DNA of 64,000 nucleotides from Macrostomum lignano. Its lineage: Eukaryota. The notes under the pieces were generated by a model. The model was not told where the DNA came from, ran no database searches, and worked only from the letters and a program-made list of their open reading frames with translations. The translations under genes were made by a program, and so were the position numbers. Below are positions 61,301-64,000 of the stretch, piece by piece (positions within the stretch are counted from its first letter, which is position 1; each line of letters begins with the position of its first letter). The stretch lies in the NCBI GenBank assembly GCA_002269645.1, contig NIVC01002473.1, forward strand, positions 1-64,000. Direction: 5' to 3'.

Positions 61301-64000
61301 TCTACCCCAGATGTACACACACACTGGCCATAGAATAAACCCCTCTACCACAGATGCACACACACTGGCCATAGAATAAAACCCCTCTACTACAGATTCA
61401 CACACACTGGCCATAGAATAAAACCCCCTCACCCCAGATTTACACACACTGGCCATAGAATAAAACCCCTCTACTACAGATTCACACACACTGGCCATAG
61501 AATAAAACCCCTCTACTACAGATTCACACACACTGGCCATAGAATAAAACCCCCTCACCCCAGATTTACACACACTGGCCATAGAATAAAACCCTTTACC
61601 CCAGATGTACACACACTGGCCATAGAATAAAACCCTTTACCCCAGATGTACACACACTGGCCATAGAATAAAACCCTTTACCCCAGATGTACACACACTG
61701 GCCATAGAATAAAACCCTTTACCCCAGATGTACACACACTGGCCATAGGATTCCTCTACCCCAGATGTACACACACACTGGCCATAGAATAAACCCCTTT
61801 ACCCTAGATGTACACACACTGGCCATAGAATAAACCCCTCTACCCCAGATGTACATAGACCATAGAATAAAACCCCTCTACCACAGATTTACACACACTG
61901 GCCATAGAATAAACCCCCCTCTACCACAGATTTACACACACTGGCCATAGAATACAACCCCTCTACCACAGATTTACACACACTGGCCATAGAATACAAC
62001 CCCTCTACCACAAATTTACACACACTGGCCATCGAATACAACCCCTCTACCACAGATTTACACACACTGGCCATAGAATACAACCCCTCTACCACAGATT
62101 TACACACACTGGCCATAGAATAAACCCCCTTCTACCCCGGATGCACACACACTGGCCATAGAATAAACCCCCTTTACCCTAGATGTGCACATACTGGCCA
62201 TAAAATAAAACCCTCTCGCAACTTTAGATGTACACACAACATTTACTAAAGAATCGAATTTACTCGAATCAGAAGCCATTTAGAAAACTCACCATAACAC
62301 CGTGATCGTAAGCCTCTTGCCATACAATAAAACCGCGTTTGTTACTATTTGACTTGCCGGCACTCAAAGATGTTATGATATTTTGCAATCTGTGGGTATT
62401 GGTACAGTGTAAACAATATTCAATAAAAGAAGAGTGGGAGTGCAAACTAACTAAAATCCACACAGCAAGTAACTTTACCGTCGAAAATAATAATCAATCA
62501 GCTGATCACTCCTAGAGAAACCAAAATCAGCTCGCATTCGATTCACAATGGGATTATTATCCCTGTAAGGTGATAATAGAGCTTTGACATTAATGTTTGA
62601 TATAAGCTACGAGTACAACAGATAAACATTAAACACTTACCAACAAGAGGTGCCAACTTCGTCAGCTCCAAGATGAATATAATTATCTTTGAATACGCTA
62701 GAAATTTCTGCGTACAACTTTTTAAGAAAATCGAAGGTAGCATTCAATGCCGGATTCATGGGACCATAGAAACCGGTCCAGCGGTTGGCATAGTTGAAGC
62801 ATTGCGTGAAAATTTCCGGATAGCCAAGAGACCAGCTGTGCGTGTGGGCTGAAAATTTTACAGGCATGGCGTTTCTTAATTTCTGCTTTTAGTAGCATAT
62901 AGATAGAAAACTTAAGCTAAATGGGAAGGTTTTGAGTTACTTGAGGATGTGTATGTCTTGAGTAAAGGCTTAGTATGTGTGCATCTGGGGTAGAGGGGTT
63001 CTATTTTATTGCCAGTGTGTACATCTGGAGTGAGGGGGTTTTATTCTATGGCCAGTGTGTGTACATCTGGGGTGAGGGGGTTTTATTCTATGGCCAGTGT
63101 GTGTACATCTGGGGTGAGGGGGTTTTATTCTATGGCCAGTGTGTGTACATCTGGGGTGAGGGGGTTTTATTCTATGGCCAGTGTGTGTACATCTGGGCCG
63201 AGGGGGTTATATTCTATGGCCAGTGTGTGCACATCTGGGATAGAGGGGTTTTTATTCTATAGCCAGTGTGTACATCTGGGGTAGAGGGGGTTGTATTCTA
63301 TGGCCAGTGTGTACATCTGGGATAGAGAGGGTTTTATTCTATGGCCAGTGTGTGTACATCTGGGGTAGAGGGGTTCATTCTATGGCCAGTGTGTGTACAT
63401 CTGGGATAGAGGGGGTTTTATTCTATGGCCAGTGTGTACATCTGGGGTAGAGGGGTTGTATTCTATGGCCAGTGTGTACATCTGGGGTAGAGGGGTTTAT
63501 TCTATGGCCAGTGTGTACATCTGGGGTAGAGGGGGTTTTATTCTATGGCCAGTGTGTGAGCATCTGGGGTAGAGGGGGTTGTATTCTATGGCCAGTGTGT
63601 GTACATCTGGGGTAGTGGGGTTTATTCTATGGCCAGTGTGTGTACATCTGGGGTAGAGGGGTTTATTCTATGGCCAGTGTGTGAACATCTGGGGTAAAGG
63701 TATTTGCTTCAGCCGGAAGGATTTTCATAGCATTTATCAAACCAAAGTTCGGCATGACTTACCAGGCGTGTCAAACTCGGGTATAACTCGTATGCCCCGA
63801 ACTCTGGCGTACTCAATTATCTCTCGAATATTGGATAATGAGTAAATGCTATTACTATCATATGCGCCCTGTGTGTTAAAAAAATGTTGTTTAGATTAAA
63901 CAAATAATTAAAGCATAGTAAAAAACACTTTAAAACGATTTTTTACCTTCTCAGATAGCTTAGGAAATACCACACTCTGATAGGGAAACGACTGATCGTC
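52355..64000 (-). CDS. HEXA/HEXB: GH20 beta-hexosaminidase (HEXA/HEXB-like), 5'-partial. Exons >64000-63947, 63868-63763, 62848-62641, ~62606-62479, 62389-62293, 60684-60341, 54027-53628, 52672-52355
   Basis: [51 protein letters not shown] and [13 protein letters not shown]; GT-AG junctions. One junction at ~62607 needs one extra base. Confidence 0.92.
52690..53625. repeat. 21-bp minisatellite (TGATTTTGATTTTGACATTAC) in the last hexosaminidase intron
   Basis: Read directly. Confidence 0.95.
54225..55142. repeat. 22-23-bp minisatellite (GGGATTCAATAGGATGGGGTGT), left half
   Basis: Read directly. Confidence 0.95.
55143..59780 (+). mobile_element. Degenerate CACTA/EnSpm (CMC) DNA transposon with a transposase fragment (~56370-56913) and a BEN-domain-like second gene (~58140-58890)
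   Basis: CNVC...CSNC...FDVKNQL...CYDG resembles an animal EnSpm transposase N-terminus. [22 protein letters not shown] resembles a BEN domain. Both ends are rich in ATCCGG/TCCGGA subterminal motifs, and the right end is ATCCGGAATTGTGCCTGG. Confidence 0.65.
59795..60292. repeat. Same 22-23-bp minisatellite, right half
   Basis: Same unit and orientation as 54225-55142. Confidence 0.95.
60865..62205 (+). repeat. ~41-bp minisatellite (CCCAGATGTACACACACTGGCCATAGAATAAAACCCCTCTAC)
   Basis: Read directly. Confidence 0.95.
62975..63695 (-). repeat. Reverse-complement array of the same ~41-bp unit (TATGGCCAGTGTGTGTACATCTGGGGTAGAGGGGTTTTATTC)
   Basis: The unit is the reverse complement of that at 60865-62205. 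Confidence 0.95.

Noticed and set aside
11003-63450. Long low-complexity ORFs in the track (e.g. 11003-11488, 11881-12700, 22113-23228, 23801-24760, 25402-26398, 49723-50496, 51393-52509, 52764-53543, 60871-61612)
   Set aside because: They are translations of stop-free minisatellites lying in introns or UTRs of identified genes.

Overview
Eukaryotic (animal) genomic window with spliceosomal introns packed with minisatellites. The style is reminiscent of the flatworm Macrostomum, but that is only an inference. (1) Positions 1-10812 are the right part of a Polinton/Maverick (adintovirus-like) element: pPolB, packaging ATPase, adenain-like protease, major and minor capsid proteins, chromodomain integrase and an ACTACT terminus. 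Unexpectedly, it also carries a full two-repeat TATA-binding-protein (TBP) homolog and a tandem PC4-like protein. (2) A PDZ-GEF (RAPGEF2/6-like) gene lies on the minus strand, with 11 coding exons traced at 11695-26696. (3) Positions 31-46 kb hold decayed LOA and RTE LINEs and a Tc1/mariner fragment, surrounding two paralogous intronless secreted 6-Cys proteins of no family I recognise. (4) A five-exon selenoprotein L gene (47635-49704) has an in-frame UxxU motif (TGA-CAT-CCA-TGA) and a type II SECIS at about 50556-50604; the ORF track mostly hides it. (5) A GH20 beta-hexosaminidase gene on the minus strand (52355 to >64000) has an unusual hydrophobic C-terminal extension, a CACTA transposon in one intron and inverted minisatellites flanking three exons. 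All calls come from motif recognition and manual translation; no database search was run.
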